Shown: positions 37,131 to 50,649, numbered from the whole stretch's first letter. The stretch: 62,650 nt of DNA, filler included, from Choristocarpus tenellus KU-1152 (GCA_964200185.2; 13 parts of 13 records of this genome joined end to end with filler, not necessarily neighbours in it); one strand, 5' to 3'. The notes: a model not told the origin generated them from the sequence alone. A program made the numbers and translations.

Positions 37131-37183
37131 TGGAAATCAATTGCGGATACCACGCGCAGGTTCGAATCCTGCCGTCGTCGCCA
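37131..37183 (+). pseudogene. 3' half of a tRNA-Ser-like sequence ending in CCA
   Basis: GAAATCAATTG-variable arm-CGCGCAGGTTCGAATCCTGCCGTCGTCG-CCA: intact T-arm (GCAGG/CCTGC); no D-arm or 5' half found upstream. Confidence 0.6.
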
Positions 37184-37352
37184 CTGTGAAACAGGTGGAA
37201 ACAGCCGACAGGTTCTTCGTATTGAAGGGGAGCGGGAAGACCCACAGGAGGANNNNNNNNNNNNNNNNNNNNNNNNNNNNNNNNNNNNNNNNNNNNTTAA
37301 TTAATTAANNNNNNNNNNNNNNNNNNNNNNNNNNNNNNNNNNNNNNNNNNNN

Positions 37353-37571
37353 GGGTCAAAATCCAATGTTGCGATTTTGATGTAATTTTGGCTATCGTGT
37401 TTGTTAGGAAGTGTCAATATCCTTGCTCTGGACACAGTTTTTCATAATGTATACATTTTACCTACTCCGAAACATTTGGGAGTGAGAAAATGTCATAAAA
37501 AATCCCATGGGAAGCCAAGCTCCAAATGGACAAACTGGGCAAAACTCGTACCCTCTAAGATACTTTCACTC
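37353..37571 (+). mobile_element. MITE family A, partial at contig start
   Basis: Ends CTCGTACCCTCTAAGATACTTTCACTC. Confidence 0.9.
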
Positions 37572-37733
37572 AGTTATAACATAAAAAAATACACGTTGTG
37601 TGTTTTCAGACGGGAAGGCAGGATTTATCAGGCTCTGCACGGTATGTACTTCTGTTATTAAATTGTAGTGTCTTGTAATGACCATTTCGCATGGTAAATA
37701 ATGGTGGTTGCACCCGTGTCCAATTCAAAGCAC

Positions 37734-37817
37734 GGCCATGTGCCCAAACGATCTAAGTGAGGGTAGTCCGATAGTATTTATGTATTTGTCACGTGGGTTT
37801 GAACCCTGCTGCAATCA
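37734..37817 (+). pseudogene. Degenerate tRNA-Leu-like copy (pseudogene or SINE head)
   Basis: GGCCATGTGCCCAAACGATCTAAG (A box remnant)...ATGTATT...CGTGGGTTTGAACCC (B box remnant); collinear with the 41375 copy. Confidence 0.45.
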
Positions 37818-38804
37818 TGCACCACACCTCTGATTGTCCAATCTCCATGCAGTCCTCTTAGCAAACCCCAACTTCGTTGGGCAATGCAATACTTGATGCT
37901 ATGTTATGCCCACCATACATACATCGCACATAATTCGTATTTCATGTGTAGTTGTACGAAAATATACATATAGTATATATTACGTGGTGAGACACTAGTA
38001 CCTATTGCTAGATATGCAAAGGGGTGTATATTTGTAACTATCTTCAGACCCCTACCCTTCCCTTCCAAACATGCATTTTAAAATATAATTAAGGGAATGG
38101 TTGGCCCAGAATGTGATTTTCCTAGTAGGGTTCTGGTCTGCGATGCCTTCATTAGCAATTTAGAAATCGGTGGTTGCCACTAGGGAGTCCAAAGATCTTC
38201 ACGAACCAAACCTAAATGTATGTATGATTAGTTCAATCAAATTTTGTTCAGGCAGGCACAGACCCTCTCTGGCACAGCCCACCCCTTCGACCCAGGCACA
38301 GCCTCCCCCTGTAACTTTCCTCCTGTTGCAGGTGGAACACCGTGGTCGTTCGCTGGTGAAGCCTCTACTTCTCTTTTCCTCAAGGTACAGACCACACATT
38401 CCCCCCCTGTGTCTTTCCTCCTAGTGCTGCTAGACCACTGTGACTGTGTAAGGTGAATGTTCTCCGTCTCAATCCAACCCTTCGTCCACATCCTCGACCT
38501 GCTCTTCATCATTCTCTTCTATATCCTCTTCAACCTCAAACATTTGGATGATGTAATTCTCAGTCACAAGGGAACAATACCCTCAGCTCGCCTTCTTCAT
38601 TTTCCTCCGTCGTCTTCAGCTTCAACTTCTTCATCTGGGCACATTTGGCAGCTTCACTGAAGGCTACCAACTCGGCCTTTGTCCATTTCCTCTTTCGCAC
38701 ATTGGGCCCCTTACCCATGTTCTTTGCGAGCTTTCGCTTTCAACAACCAAGCCTATCGCAAAGTCCTTAGAATCCCAATTGTCGTACCTCTATGCGTAAT
38801 CACT

Positions 38805-39322
38805 TGTATCTCGTGAACGGCTTCGAACAGTTTGTATATGAAGCTGTGGGTTGCGCACAGTTCCCAGCTACCACAGGGAAGAACCCGAATCTTCATTCGA
38901 CATGATTAGGCCGAGATCACTCCTACCCGACCGCCAATCCCCAAACCGACCCCTCAACTTCTAAGCACTACTGTGAATCCACTAAGACTCACCTGAAGAC
39001 GAAAAGTATACCTGTTAAACGCCAAAATCCTAATCTTTCTAATGATCACTTAGTGTCAACACATTGTGAGGGCAAGTTTACCGTTCCCCATGATGCAGTT
39101 AGTTGGTCGCAAAAATCTCTGAACCCCAGTTATGACACCTCTGTGCAGGATCATTCGTATCTCGTGAACGACTTTGATCTGTGCGAATCTGAGAACGTGG
39201 TATGACCCACACAATTCCCAGGTACCACATGGACGAATCCATTGATTCATTAGACTTCATTGGGTCGAGATTATTCCCAACCCAGTCCAACAATCCTCAA
39301 ACTGACCACTCAACTTCTAGGC
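38805..39322. repeat. Diverged direct repeat (about 165 bp, period about 350)
   Basis: GTATCTCGTGAACG...CAATCC(C/T)CAAAC(C/T)GACC(C/A)CTCAACTTCTA occurs twice. Confidence 0.65.
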
Positions 39323-40329
39323 GGCAACGTGCAACCGGTAGGACTCCTCATAACGCGAAAACTGTACCTACCTGTGGTACACCACAGGGTGCAAAGGTTG
39401 TCAGGACTTTGGTAGTGATGTGGGAAAGTGTGACATAAAAATAAATTGATATTTTGGCCCTAAAAAAGGATAAAAAGTGGACTAGAAAAAGAGTTTGTTT
39501 CCAATAACTATATGAAATAAGTTACTTTGGGAATAAACATACTGACAACAATAATAGTATTACAAAACCAACATAACATACTAAATTTAGATATGTGACT
39601 TAAAATAGTATCTAAAATCACACGTTTGATCTTTGGTGGTTTACAATCAATTACAAACCGTTTTACAAAGAATGTTGTCACATACTCACTACAGTAGTAG
39701 TAGTATGAATATTTTATCGATAGGGGAACATCAAAATTCAGACGAATCCATCAAATATAATGTTACAAATGGCATCTGTCGAAAATGTACCACTCTTGAC
39801 AGGAGGTAGGTCACACACACTCCACCCTATACTTTCACGTAAGATTTGTTTTCGATGGCGACCAGATGGGGGGACTTGGGGATCTAGGTGAAGCTCACTT
39901 CATTCTCGTTTCCTCCTCAATAATACTTGTTTCTTCTGACTTTGATCAAGTCGCAATGCTTTCCTGGAGTTTGATGTCAGTTGTAGTATCTATAATGAAT
40001 GGTGAGTTTGTCTTACACTTCTATCCTGCCCTATCCTTCCAAAAAACTTGAATTAAATAGGAGGTCTCCCCTTCTTTTACATCAGGTGACACAATACTTC
40101 GTTTGCCTGGTGCTGATAATTCCGGTTCATCTGCTCCCTCTTAGAAACGTTCCTGTTCAACCTGTAACACCCGCATCAACTAGAGAAGAAACGTCCCCAA
40201 GTTCGCTCAGAGACATTAGTATTTGTCATTACATGCAACACTGGTTTTCAGATCCAAATGCACAACCCCTTGTCCGATCGCTCAACCACAGTCTCATTTC
40301 TTTCGATAAATCATCATAAACACACATCG

Positions 40330-40620
40330 CCAGCAGCACGAGTATTTTTGGAAGATGACCTTGAGAAGTTTGGGATCATGGTTGACGGATGGAGTACAAG
40401 GGCAACAAACGATCGCAGGTGGTACAAGTGTGTGGTCGACAGCGCAAAGTGTTGCATGGAGGTGTGGCATTCCAGGAAGGAAGCTGTGATGGCCAACTTA
40501 TATGTCATGCTAAAGCAGCAGCTAAGACAGCCCAACAGATCAGGGCAATGTACACCCACTGCTGTCTCCTGAATTCTTCATTTTGGGTTGATTACTATTA
40601 TCACTCTTTCATTTGTATAT
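40330..40620 (+). mobile_element. RTE-like LINE 3' end fragment
   Basis: LEDDLEKFGIMVDGWSTRATNDRRWYKCV...WHSRKEA, homologous to 53936-54130. Confidence 0.7.
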
Positions 40621-41374
40621 AGTAAGTGATGTTTTGGATTGGATGGACTCAGCTAGACATTTGACATTTCTTTCCCCCCCTTTCCCATGGGTGTGACAAC
40701 GCCGAGTATGTCCTACCTCAAGTATTGGGTGTTAGTGCATTACACCTAGGTTCCTCTCTGTTCTAGCTACACTGAGGTCTTTTTTTTTCCCTTGACTGCT
40801 ACCTTTATTTATATGTTCTGTAGCATTAGCATTTTTTTAGGCACTATGTATTAACTTTCCTATTACTGCCTTTGGACCATTGGTCTAGGACCCCTCAGAC
40901 TAATACGTGGATAATAGTACAAATAGTACCTCCACATATTAGAGCTCAAGCGATTGGTTACGTTTCAAAATATATCATAAAGTGCAATGTTGCCAAATGA
41001 CTCAAGCAACGACCACAAACAACACTGCCCAGGAATCATTTCTACTTGCCTCATCTCCTAGAGATTTCCACACAAAATGCTTCCACAACGAACAACGGAG
41101 GGTTAGTCACGTATTTGTCATGGTACAACTCACGTGCACTACTTGAGCATCCAAAGCAACAACAATAAGCAAAATTAACATGAAGTAGAGGGAAAGAGAT
41201 TTCTACCATATATTTCTTTCTTTATGTTCCTATTTGAAACACAGTTCCTTGCACTTGTGGGCTTGTCTCTACCTCTGCTTTTCATTCGCTTCAAAAACAA
41301 GGACTAGTAACAAAAGAGTAATGGTGTGCATCGACATTTTTTTTAGGATAGTGCATAGTACACAAATGTAGTGA

Positions 41375-41914
41375 GGTCGTGTGCCTGAGCGGTCTAAGAG
41401 GTGGTACACAGGTCATCATGTATTCACACAGCCCCATAAAGATCGCGCCCAACTTTTGTTAGTAGTATATTGTGGTGAGTGGAGGCTGTTCAAAGGGAAC
41501 TCTGGAGTTGATCGATCGAGTTTGGGGAAGAATAATATGGTCGGATGGACTTGTGCACATACTTGTGTTCACCTTATTTTATTTCATGTATCCCTTGAAA
41601 ACACCAGACTGACGAGTGGGGTTCCTTGCCTACATATTGTACCTCTCTCTACAATAGTATCGGAATGTGCCTGTTTTGTGACTAGCCACTCCCTTCCATA
41701 ACTCATTGTGTCCAGAAGTAACTGTCAAAGAACAAACCTGAAACCTTTGCGCTATGGTGCTCATGACGCCTCTGAACTTCATGTATCTCATCCTTCGAAC
41801 TGTACTCATTGCTAACTGTCTTACAGTATTGTGCCTGTAGTCGCAGAATGCCTTCTTACTACAGAGAGGCTATTACCTGCACGAACTTTGCAAGTTCGAA
41901 CCCCACTGAGACCA
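41375..41914 (+). pseudogene. tRNA-Leu(CAG)-like sequence split by a ~465-bp insertion
   Basis: 5' part GGTCGTGTGCCTGAGCGGTCTAAGAGGTGGTACACAGGTCATCATGTATTC (41375-41425); 3' part GTTCGAACCCCACTGAGACCA (41894-41914). Confidence 0.5.
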
Positions 41915-44048
41915 TATATCTATTTTCATGGAGATGTGCTTCAAATATACGAAGTCCACGTGGCAAGCACTACGAATTGTACGCCTGTCCCACCCTACCT
42001 GTCGACCTACCAAAAAAAGTTAGACCAAGAACGAGATTACAAGGCTTCCATTACCAGGTGAGGCTGAGGCAGATCGGGCATAAAGATTCAAGGGGAGGGC
42101 AGATGGCGTGGCGAGTGGTGGGAAGACTGAACCAACAAGCGAGAAGTGAGGGTCAAACAACGGCAGTACAACTAGAAGTAGTGCAGTGAGTAGTGCCTCT
42201 GTCCATAGGTCGGGATAGTCCCCACACTAGAGTGAAGAAACAATAAAGATATTAGCAACTATCACTGGTAGACTCGAAGTCAATATATGTCAATATTGTC
42301 AGACATTCCCCCCTTCCCTTCTATCTGTAGTTCAATCACATTGCCAAACGTTGTTGAGGGGAAGCTTGAACCACAACTTCAATTGTTTATTTTATGGTGT
42401 GTGTCAAGGCCATAGTCTACGAGGCTTTCATTAATTTACTGGGGACGGAAAGCCATGTCTGTTTCATAAAAAAAAAAAGGATTTCAGCTAGACACTATCG
42501 TGATCCTCACCCAATGCAAATTCTATTGCCTGCAACAACATACCAAGAGACCTTCCCAAGGACATGACTCCCTAGGACTCAGCAACAGTCTACACTGTGG
42601 CGAAAATTAATCACTCACTTTATCCCCCACCTTTCCCCCAACATCTTGTTGTAATAATTAAAAAGCTGTCAAAAAGTCTGCAGAGTCGTACTACATGACC
42701 TCTGAGAACAATCGCAATCATCACTGGGAGGGGTGTGAGTCAACAAGTGTCCTAAGCTGATCAGAAGCTGCTACAACTCCCCTGCTGATATATCTTTTAT
42801 TGTTCTCCTCGATGTTGAGGTCATTATACCTGTGCAGAAAGAGAGGGGCAGAATGAGATATGACTGTCCTGTATGTAGGCAACAGTATTATGGATTATGG
42901 ATAGGGGGTTGAATTTAGCGATGGCCACACACTGATCCGGAAAATTCCCTATTTCCGTGCACTAAATGGTTCTTAGTGGCAACCCAACCAATAATGTGAT
43001 ATTGTGATATTCAACACAAAAACTAACAACACACGTTAGTGAACATAAACTGTCAGCGGCCTCTAGCATGTCATACTGTACCATACACTTAAGCCGTGAC
43101 CCTACAGTAAACAGTAGGGGGAAGTTTCAGCTGGGGCATCGACTAATAATCCAGAAAATTCCTGATTTTCTCATAAAAAGAAACTTGGCATCAGTGGAGC
43201 AATAAGGTATTATGGTATTTGTTGCTACTGGTATGTATGTAGTTTGATAGATACTGTCACCAGTTGTTGTTGTGGTTATGTTGTATATGGGTCAGTTGCG
43301 AGGACCCCGTGAAAAAAACATTGCCTTTGTGTGCTTCCTATAGTATAATATAGTATAGCATAGTGTACTGCATGTGTGCATATATATATATATATACAAA
43401 ATAGTTTTGTCAATCAAAATGGCTCAATCGGGTCGATTAGTCTAACAACCCAAGAAAAATCGATATCGTAACTGAAAACCTTCAAATTATGGACAGTGTG
43501 TTAAGCTTCACTTCAAGAGCCTTACCTCAGGGTCAAAGTATTTGGGGGAGGGGGGGGGGGGTGTCGGCGTCCGTTTTTCACCTTTTTTNNNNNNNNNNNN
43601 NNNNNNNNNNNNNNNNNNNNNNNNNNNNNNNNTTAATTAATTAANNNNNNNNNNNNNNNNNNNNNNNNNNNNNNNNNNNNNNNNNNNNCCCTTTTGGGGT
43701 TCCCCACACGCGTATACTGCTCGTGCCAGTTAAAGCGTGGGAAGAAATACTCGCGCTACTCGCCTGCAACACTTGTAGGAGGAATGAAGTTTAGAAGTCA
43801 CCTGTCAAACCTTTCACAAAAATGCAAAAGATATATTTTGATGCCTTGTATTGACACCACTGATGCATTTTTCCTCCTTCACATTTGAGTCAAGGCCACA
43901 AACTACTCCGAGTATATGTATATGCCATTTGTCATTTTTGTTGCTCCTCTGTTTTAGATCTCTTTAAAATTTGCCTTTCTTTCCCGTCTCATATCTCACC
44001 TCATTTTAACTTGTTCTTTTGCTATACTCAGGCGATGGGTCTAGTAAA

Positions 44049-44489
44049 GACCCAAAGCACTTAAGAGGGTAGGGCTGCATCCGTTTGGGGTCATAAATCC
44101 AATGTTGCAATTTCGATGAATTTTGGCTATTGTGTTTGTCAGCAAGTGCCAATATCCTTGCTCCGGACGCACCTTTCATAGCCATACACATTTTAAGTAA
44201 CTGTGTTCACACAGAAAACCGCAAAAGGCTCAAAGTATCTGGGAGGGGGTGGTGGCTGTCCACTTAGGGTCAATATTTTCATGTCGCGATTTTTGGGTGA
44301 TTCGGTTGCATACATTGATTGGTTACTGTAAATGCATTTTTCCTGATTTTGCCCCAAATGGACACCCTGGTGCAGACCCACCCCCCCCTCCCAGATACAT
44401 TGGGTCAAAACGGCATAAAAAAAACATGGGAAGCCAAGCCTCGAATGGACAAACAGGGCAAAACTCTTACGCTCTTAAATGCTTGACCC
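44049..44489 (+). mobile_element. MITE family A with nested MITE-B
   Basis: A left half 44049-44195; A right half 44407-44489. Confidence 0.8.
44227..44406 (+). mobile_element. MITE family B, full length
   Basis: GGCTCAAAGTATCTGGG...CCCAGATACATTGGGTC, flanked by AAAA/AAAA. Confidence 0.85.
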
Positions 44490-45408
44490 AAAGAGTTATG
44501 TGAGTACTTCATGGAAGCACAGGAGACGCTTGAGGGTGATACATATGTGACAGCATCTTTGATTATCCCTCATAACTGATCTATGACAAGAAAGAATGTA
44601 GTGCAAGCTGTGACGCCTTCAAAGCAAATGTGATGTAATTTGATTTTGTGAACTGCTTTGGCCACAGGGAGGGATATTTCCCAGTACTCTAAGGGTGAGG
44701 ACAGGCAGCCTAGAGGGTTTAAGGAGAAGAGGGTTCTGGCTACTTGTATGGACCCAGAACCAAAATCCCAATTCCAGAGAATGGGTATGGAAGCATCTGA
44801 AGGCAGGCGGAGTAGGAACTTCTATGCATTGTGGAAGAGGAGAATAGAGGACAGAAGGCAGAGAATGGTCCAGTAGTGGAACCAAGCCCACAACCACATA
44901 CTGCCCATCTTGAGCAGGGGCAGGTCACCCATAAAAAGACAGAAGGAATTATTAAGAGTTCTCTTGAAATGTGTGGAGGGAGTTAAACTGTGATGGTGGA
45001 GGCCAGGGTGCACATGGAGGAAGCAGCACATGTTGAGGTTGATGTGTTCAAGGTTACCAATGGGCCCCCAATAATTGGTGAAGACAGTAGAGCTTACAGT
45101 CAGCTCAAGTGGTGCTGGAAAGGACCTCAAAATTTCCGCGCCTGGGCAAAGTTGCCTGCCGTGCTTTGATCATCTCTGCTATACAAGCAAACTCAGGATG
45201 CATGTTCTCAACACCTGGGAATATTATGACCTAAAAACAGGACAAGCTGGACCTAGATTGTGTGCAACTCCTGATGTTCCTACACAACACCTACCTGCCA
45301 GGTAGGTGCATGGGAGGTTGCCAAGAAAGGCAAAAGCAGATAGATACCAACTGAAGACAGTAGTAGATACCGTAGCAGCATTGTGTAGCTAACATGCTTA
45401 AACAAGTA

Positions 45409-47142
45409 CTTCCTCCACTCGGAATTAAATATAACCTAAATTTTGCAAGCTCTGTTCTCGCCCGGGAATGACCCATGTGATACACCCTCTGGACAAGGTT
45501 AGTTTAAAAATAGATTGGGAGGCATGCAAATTTTGAGATGGTGGGCCGTCATGACTGTGGAGGATCACTAGTGCAAAGTCGACCAAGTCACATTTGACGG
45601 GGTTCAAAATCTCGTGTGACTGTCAAAGTGGGTGTTTATTGGGATGTCTACGATGAAGGCTCCCCGTTGGTCGAGTGCCTTGCTCATCTTTTAGTTGCCT
45701 ATTGGTCCCAATTCTTCAGTGCAGAAGTCTGTCTGGGGTCAGGACTCAAACACCCTGATGAAGAACAGTGTGGTGGCACAATGCCTGGAGGCAAGAGGGC
45801 ACGAGACTCAGAAGCCTTGGGGGACGGTGGCAGCCAGCACAGAGGACTTCAGAATTTCCCAATCATCAACTTCTGTCATCTGAAGGAGTACAACAGCAAG
45901 ATTGCACGGGGTGAATGCATGGTACCTAATACAATGTTGCAAGGGGCAATATGACCGCTGTACAAGAATCCTCAAAATTTGGGATGTCCCACTGGTACAC
46001 CAGACATCTTTCGACAAATGTGGGGCCAAAGCTGGGATCACCCTTGCCTCATTGTGGGATCTGTGCAAGCCCAAGAAGGTGAAGAAGGTCAAGCAGTGGA
46101 TTAAGCCAGTCCTCTCAGACCAGTAGAAAGTCAACAGGGTGGGTTTCGTCATCAGCCGCACCCACAGGGGGGGGGGATGAGATATTCGTGGACGATCTAT
46201 ATGACTGGGTGCATGTGGATGGGAAGTGGTTTTATGTCCTCAAAGATGGGTAAGGTGTGTACCTGCACCCCACTGAGAACCCCCTCAACCCTCCACAGGC
46301 ACAGAATAAGTGTTGCATTACAAAGGTGATATTCCTTGCAGCTGTAGTCTGCCCTAGGAAGCTTTCCAATGGGGTGTGGTTCAATGGGAAAATTGGGATC
46401 TGGCCAATTGTGGACATTAAAGTCGCTCGGAACTCCAGCAAACACCACCCTAAGGGCACCAAGGTGCTTGTACCAGCCACAGCAGACAGGGAGAGGTATA
46501 AGAAGCTCATGATCGAGGATGTCAACCCTGCAATCAAGGCCAGCATGCATAAACTGGAAGGACAAACAATACTCATGTAGCAGGACAGGGGATAATGAAG
46601 GCAATTGAGGAGGTGGCAGGGGACAACATTGTAATAGAGACACAGTCAGCCAACTCACCTGACCTCAACATTAGCAACCTGGGATTCTTTCTTTCCATCC
46701 AGCAACTGAAGGAAGACATGGGGGTGACCAACACAGACGAGCTGGTGGAGGCCACAATGGTAGTGGTACAATGTGTACCCCCAGGAGACACTAGGGCCCG
46801 TCTGGCAGAGTCTCCTCACAGTCTAAGGTGAAGTGCTGAGGTCCAAGGGTGACAATGTCTTCCAAACTCCCCATTTTAGCAAAAAAAAGCCCGAGAAGGC
46901 AGGCAAGCTACCCTCAAACACCCCAATGAATGCAGCGAAAAACTGTACTGGAATGGAGTTTTGAACAGCTTCGGGGGCAGAATCATAGATAGGTGTAGGC
47001 TTCCTTATTTTGCTTGAGATTTCAACGGGCAACCTTTTAGTGTCTGCACAATACACCCATAAAATATGAACATGAGAAAAGAGTCTTGCTTCTTCATTGG
47101 AGCTGCAAGAGATATGTTACATTTAATTCCGAACGGGGGAAG
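45409..47142 (+). mobile_element. Full-length (1.73 kb) Tc1/mariner element with decayed transposase (~45780-46960)
   Basis: TIRs TA-CTTCCTCCACTCGGAATTAAAT / ATTTAATTCCGAACGGGGGAAG-CA; WVHVDGKWF, ITKVIFLAAV, FNGKIGIWP and QSANSPDLNISNLGFF. Confidence 0.9.
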
Positions 47143-47719
47143 CACAATATATTAAAAAATAATTTAATGTAACAGTGTAATAATGAAGAGAAATTGAAAG
47201 ATAGATGTAGCTGTCATTACAAGCAAAAGATTGTTGTTGCGAGTTATTGACATTATGCCCCCATTTTCCTCCCCAATGCAGTGTGCCCAAAACTCAGCTA
47301 TGTATGTGACATTGGAGAACAATTGGGAAGGTATAGACATGTTTGCAATAACAGAAGATCATTTTTGACTTGGTCAGGAGCAACCTGTGTCAACCAGGTA
47401 GGCAGACTCAGTCTACAATTCTACAAATTAGAAGTCTGAGGTATGGCAAGAACTTCAGACAACAATAGTGATTGATGTGAGACATGATGACGGCACTTCT
47501 CACTTCTATAAAAAGTGCTACTTCATACTTGACATTGTACTGTGTGAGTGATGGAAGGGGTCATAGAAATATTTTGTTTAAAATGTTTCTAAAATGATGT
47601 GGCAGGTGATGTGCAGAGCAAACTGGAACACCACATAATGTGAAACCCATTAATTCCAGAGTGAAGGGGGTGAAGTACATAAAATATTCTCACAAGTGAT
47701 GGCAGAGGGGCATACATAT

Positions 47720-47981
47720 GAGTGAGAGTATGTTAGGGTTAGGGTACGAGTCTTGCCCTGTTTGTCCGTTTGGGTCTTGGCTTCCCACGGGTATTTTGAT
47801 GACATTTTACCTACTCCAAAAAGTTTTGGAGTAGATAAAATGTAAGTCATGAAAAAGTGTATCCGGAACAAGGATATTAACACTTTCTAACAAACATGAT
47901 AGCCAAAATTATATCAAAATCGCAATATTGGATTTTGGCCCCCAAATGGACGCAGCTCTACCCTCTAATATACTTTGACCC
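47720..47981 (-). mobile_element. MITE family A, full length
   Basis: Both TIRs; TSD ATAT/ATAT. Confidence 0.9.
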
Positions 47982-48593
47982 ATATGCAGGATGCAACATC
48001 ACAATACTCTTAAAAGTGTTGTCAGAAATTTACCAACAATAAGTAAGTCAATTTGGCTACACACACATGGGGCACAAAAGATGCACTATGCAAGAAAAAC
48101 ATCAAAGGTAGACATCAAAGATAGACAGAACTAGTCAACCAACAGGCTTGGGCAACTGCTTTGGGATTCCCAACTCCACATAGCATGCATGAAAAAAGCA
48201 TGATGAATAGGGTGGACACAGTCAGTAAGGCAGAGATACATACTGTCAACAGGCTTCAAGAAATGTTCTTGGACTCTCCTCCACACACACCAAAGGCATG
48301 AGACAGGGTGAGGTAGGGTAACAACAAAGTCTTAGCATGTACTATTTCCAAGTAGAGCAACAGGCAGCAGATGATATCTTCATGTATACTGGGGTTATTT
48401 ATTTTTTATTTTTTCTGCTTTGTAATCATGTGTTCTCCTACTAGTAGTTACATACTTTTTAACTCTTACTAAATTTATATAAATGAAAATTGAAGTGTTC
48501 AGCAAATTACTCTAATGTATGCCCCTGCCCAATGATCAATGTTATTGATGTTATTACATCAAGAGCACAGGGCAACAGCTCAGGTGGACATGA

Positions 48594-48721
48594 GAGTGAA
48601 AGTATCTTAGATGGTATGAGTTTTTCCCTGTTTGTCCATTTGGGGCTTGGCTTCCCACAGGTTTTTTATTTCATTTTACCTACTCCAAAAAGTTTTGAAG
48701 TAAGTAAAATATATAAGTTAT
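48594..48721 (-). mobile_element. MITE family A, cut by gap
   Basis: GAGTGAAAGTATCTTAGATGG... Confidence 0.85.
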
Positions 48722-49061
48722 NNNNNNNNNNNNNNNNNNNNNNNNNNNNNNNNNNNNNNNNNNNNTTAATTAATTAANNNNNNNNNNNNNNNNNNNNNNN
48801 NNNNNNNNNNNNNNNNNNNNNCCCCCCAGATACTTTGAGCCTTTCCTAAGTTTCAACAAGGGCTGAACATCAAAAGGGTCAAAACTGAACCCCCTCTAAG
48901 ATGGTTTCACCCTTCAACTCTTGGGAGCCTATTGGTGGATCATGTGTCAAGTGAAGGACAATATATTAGATATGAACTCTCTATGGTGAGCAGTGTAGTA
49001 TCCAGGATAGTGGAAAGGGAGGTAGCTGTTCTGCAGTGTTAGGAGTAGGAGATCCCCTCTC

Positions 49062-49880
49062 TTACTGTGCAACTTGTTGTCTCTCCAATTTGGTCAGTGC
49101 CCCCCAAGCATTGGCGGTGAGGAAAAGCTCGCCTGGCGTGGTGTATTCAAAGTAGAACATCCAGTCCTTCTCTGAAGCCACATTGAAGGATGAAAGATTC
49201 ATTATGACCCACCCGTCTTTCAAGTCAACCCGTCTGTGACAGGTGGGGCCAGCAGGAATAGAGTGCCCAAAACCTTCAGCACCCTCCTGTACACTGTTCA
49301 TTGCTGGAATCGTTGTAGGAGGATGGGGCGAACATGATTGGCTCTGCACCAGAAGCTGAGCAGTATCAATTAGGGATGAATAGGGATGAAAGAGGAAATG
49401 GGTGAGTGAGTGGGCCACCTGATATTGTGTGGATGAGAAGTGGTCACTGAAGGAGCGACCGAGAATTAGGGTAGGGTTGGATGGAGACTTCCAGAGTGAT
49501 AAGACCCTTACTTCGTTGAAGGGTGAATACATATATCAGCATAATCGACAGCAATGGTGTTCCCTCCAGCCGATATATTAATCTCCTGAATAAGTCAGGG
49601 ACGTGTAGGGGTCATACGCTTCAAATTGTATCAGATCCAAGTGTTCGAACATATAAAATATGGAACTCACTTTTGGGGGGCGCCTCATTTCGTGCATCGC
49701 CCTTTGCAGGTCCTGTCGAACTAACATATTGATAGTTGTTCGGTACTGGAGGTAGGATTGCAGAATTTCTCTGGCGTTACCATTGTTTTCACTTATCAGA
49801 TCCTCGGCAACTCTCTCCAGAGGTATGTATGCTCTCACTCGCACGTGATGTAGAACTTGGTCGACTTCAGCCTTTATGAA
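49062..49880 (-). pseudogene. Unknown interrupted coding sequence
   Basis: Two in-frame ORFs (49578-49844, 49062-49532) separated by two stops; protein-like composition; no motif recognised. Confidence 0.3.
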
Positions 49881-50649
49881 GATGGAAGCAGGTATTTAGA
49901 GTGTATGTGTGTGAGGATTATAGAACGGAAAGAAGACACTCACTGGAGAGCTTCGATTATGAGGTCGTATTGAAAGGACAGCAGTAGCACGTGGGAGAAA
50001 AAAGTGTTTTAGTCACTTGCTCTGACTTTTTTGTCCAATTTCAATGCCCTGCTTGGTGTTTTTTCCTTCTTTTTTTTCGGGCAAGCTATCCATACACTTG
50101 CTATCTGGAGTTGAGACTTGTTCAAGTGGTCGATTTTTAAGATGGCGTAACTCAGATTTTGGTCGACAGAGAGTAGTAGTTTGATCCACACTTAACGACA
50201 TCATAAGGAATGATGAGCACAGCCCTGTCATATCACCCAGTGGGTGTTCGCAAATGTTCAAAAAAATTGTTAGATTTTTCCTACCAGAAATTGCCAGAAA
50301 TAGCACAATTCATCAACCAAGCGTAGTCTTTCGTTCGGGAGCTAAGGGTTACAATGACATACTACCCGAGTTTAACGCCGCTGTCATGCAATCGATTGTC
50401 CGCCTTCGCATCTACACCACTGGTCTCAATTAGCCATTGCATATAATGAAATAGAGAGTCCCAAATTGGATGATATATTGAGCTAGATCAATGACCTGGA
50501 GCACGCACAACAGATAGACTCCGGTACGTCCTGTGGCATTTCATCCTGTCTAACACTGCCTGGACAAGTCCAGCCTGATCCAGGTGTAGTCGACGAGTTG
50601 AACGAATTTCTTACACATACAACACAACAAAAACACACACAAGCCTCAC

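Noticed and set aside
38199-38512. piggyBac-like C-terminal Cys cluster (ECVVC...RCSTC)
   Set aside because: Split across frames, with no DDD core and no clear TTAA-flanked TIR pair.
45288-45308. Short palindrome CACCTACCTG-C-CAGGTAGGTG
   Set aside because: 10-bp arms with no supporting context; too short to interpret.
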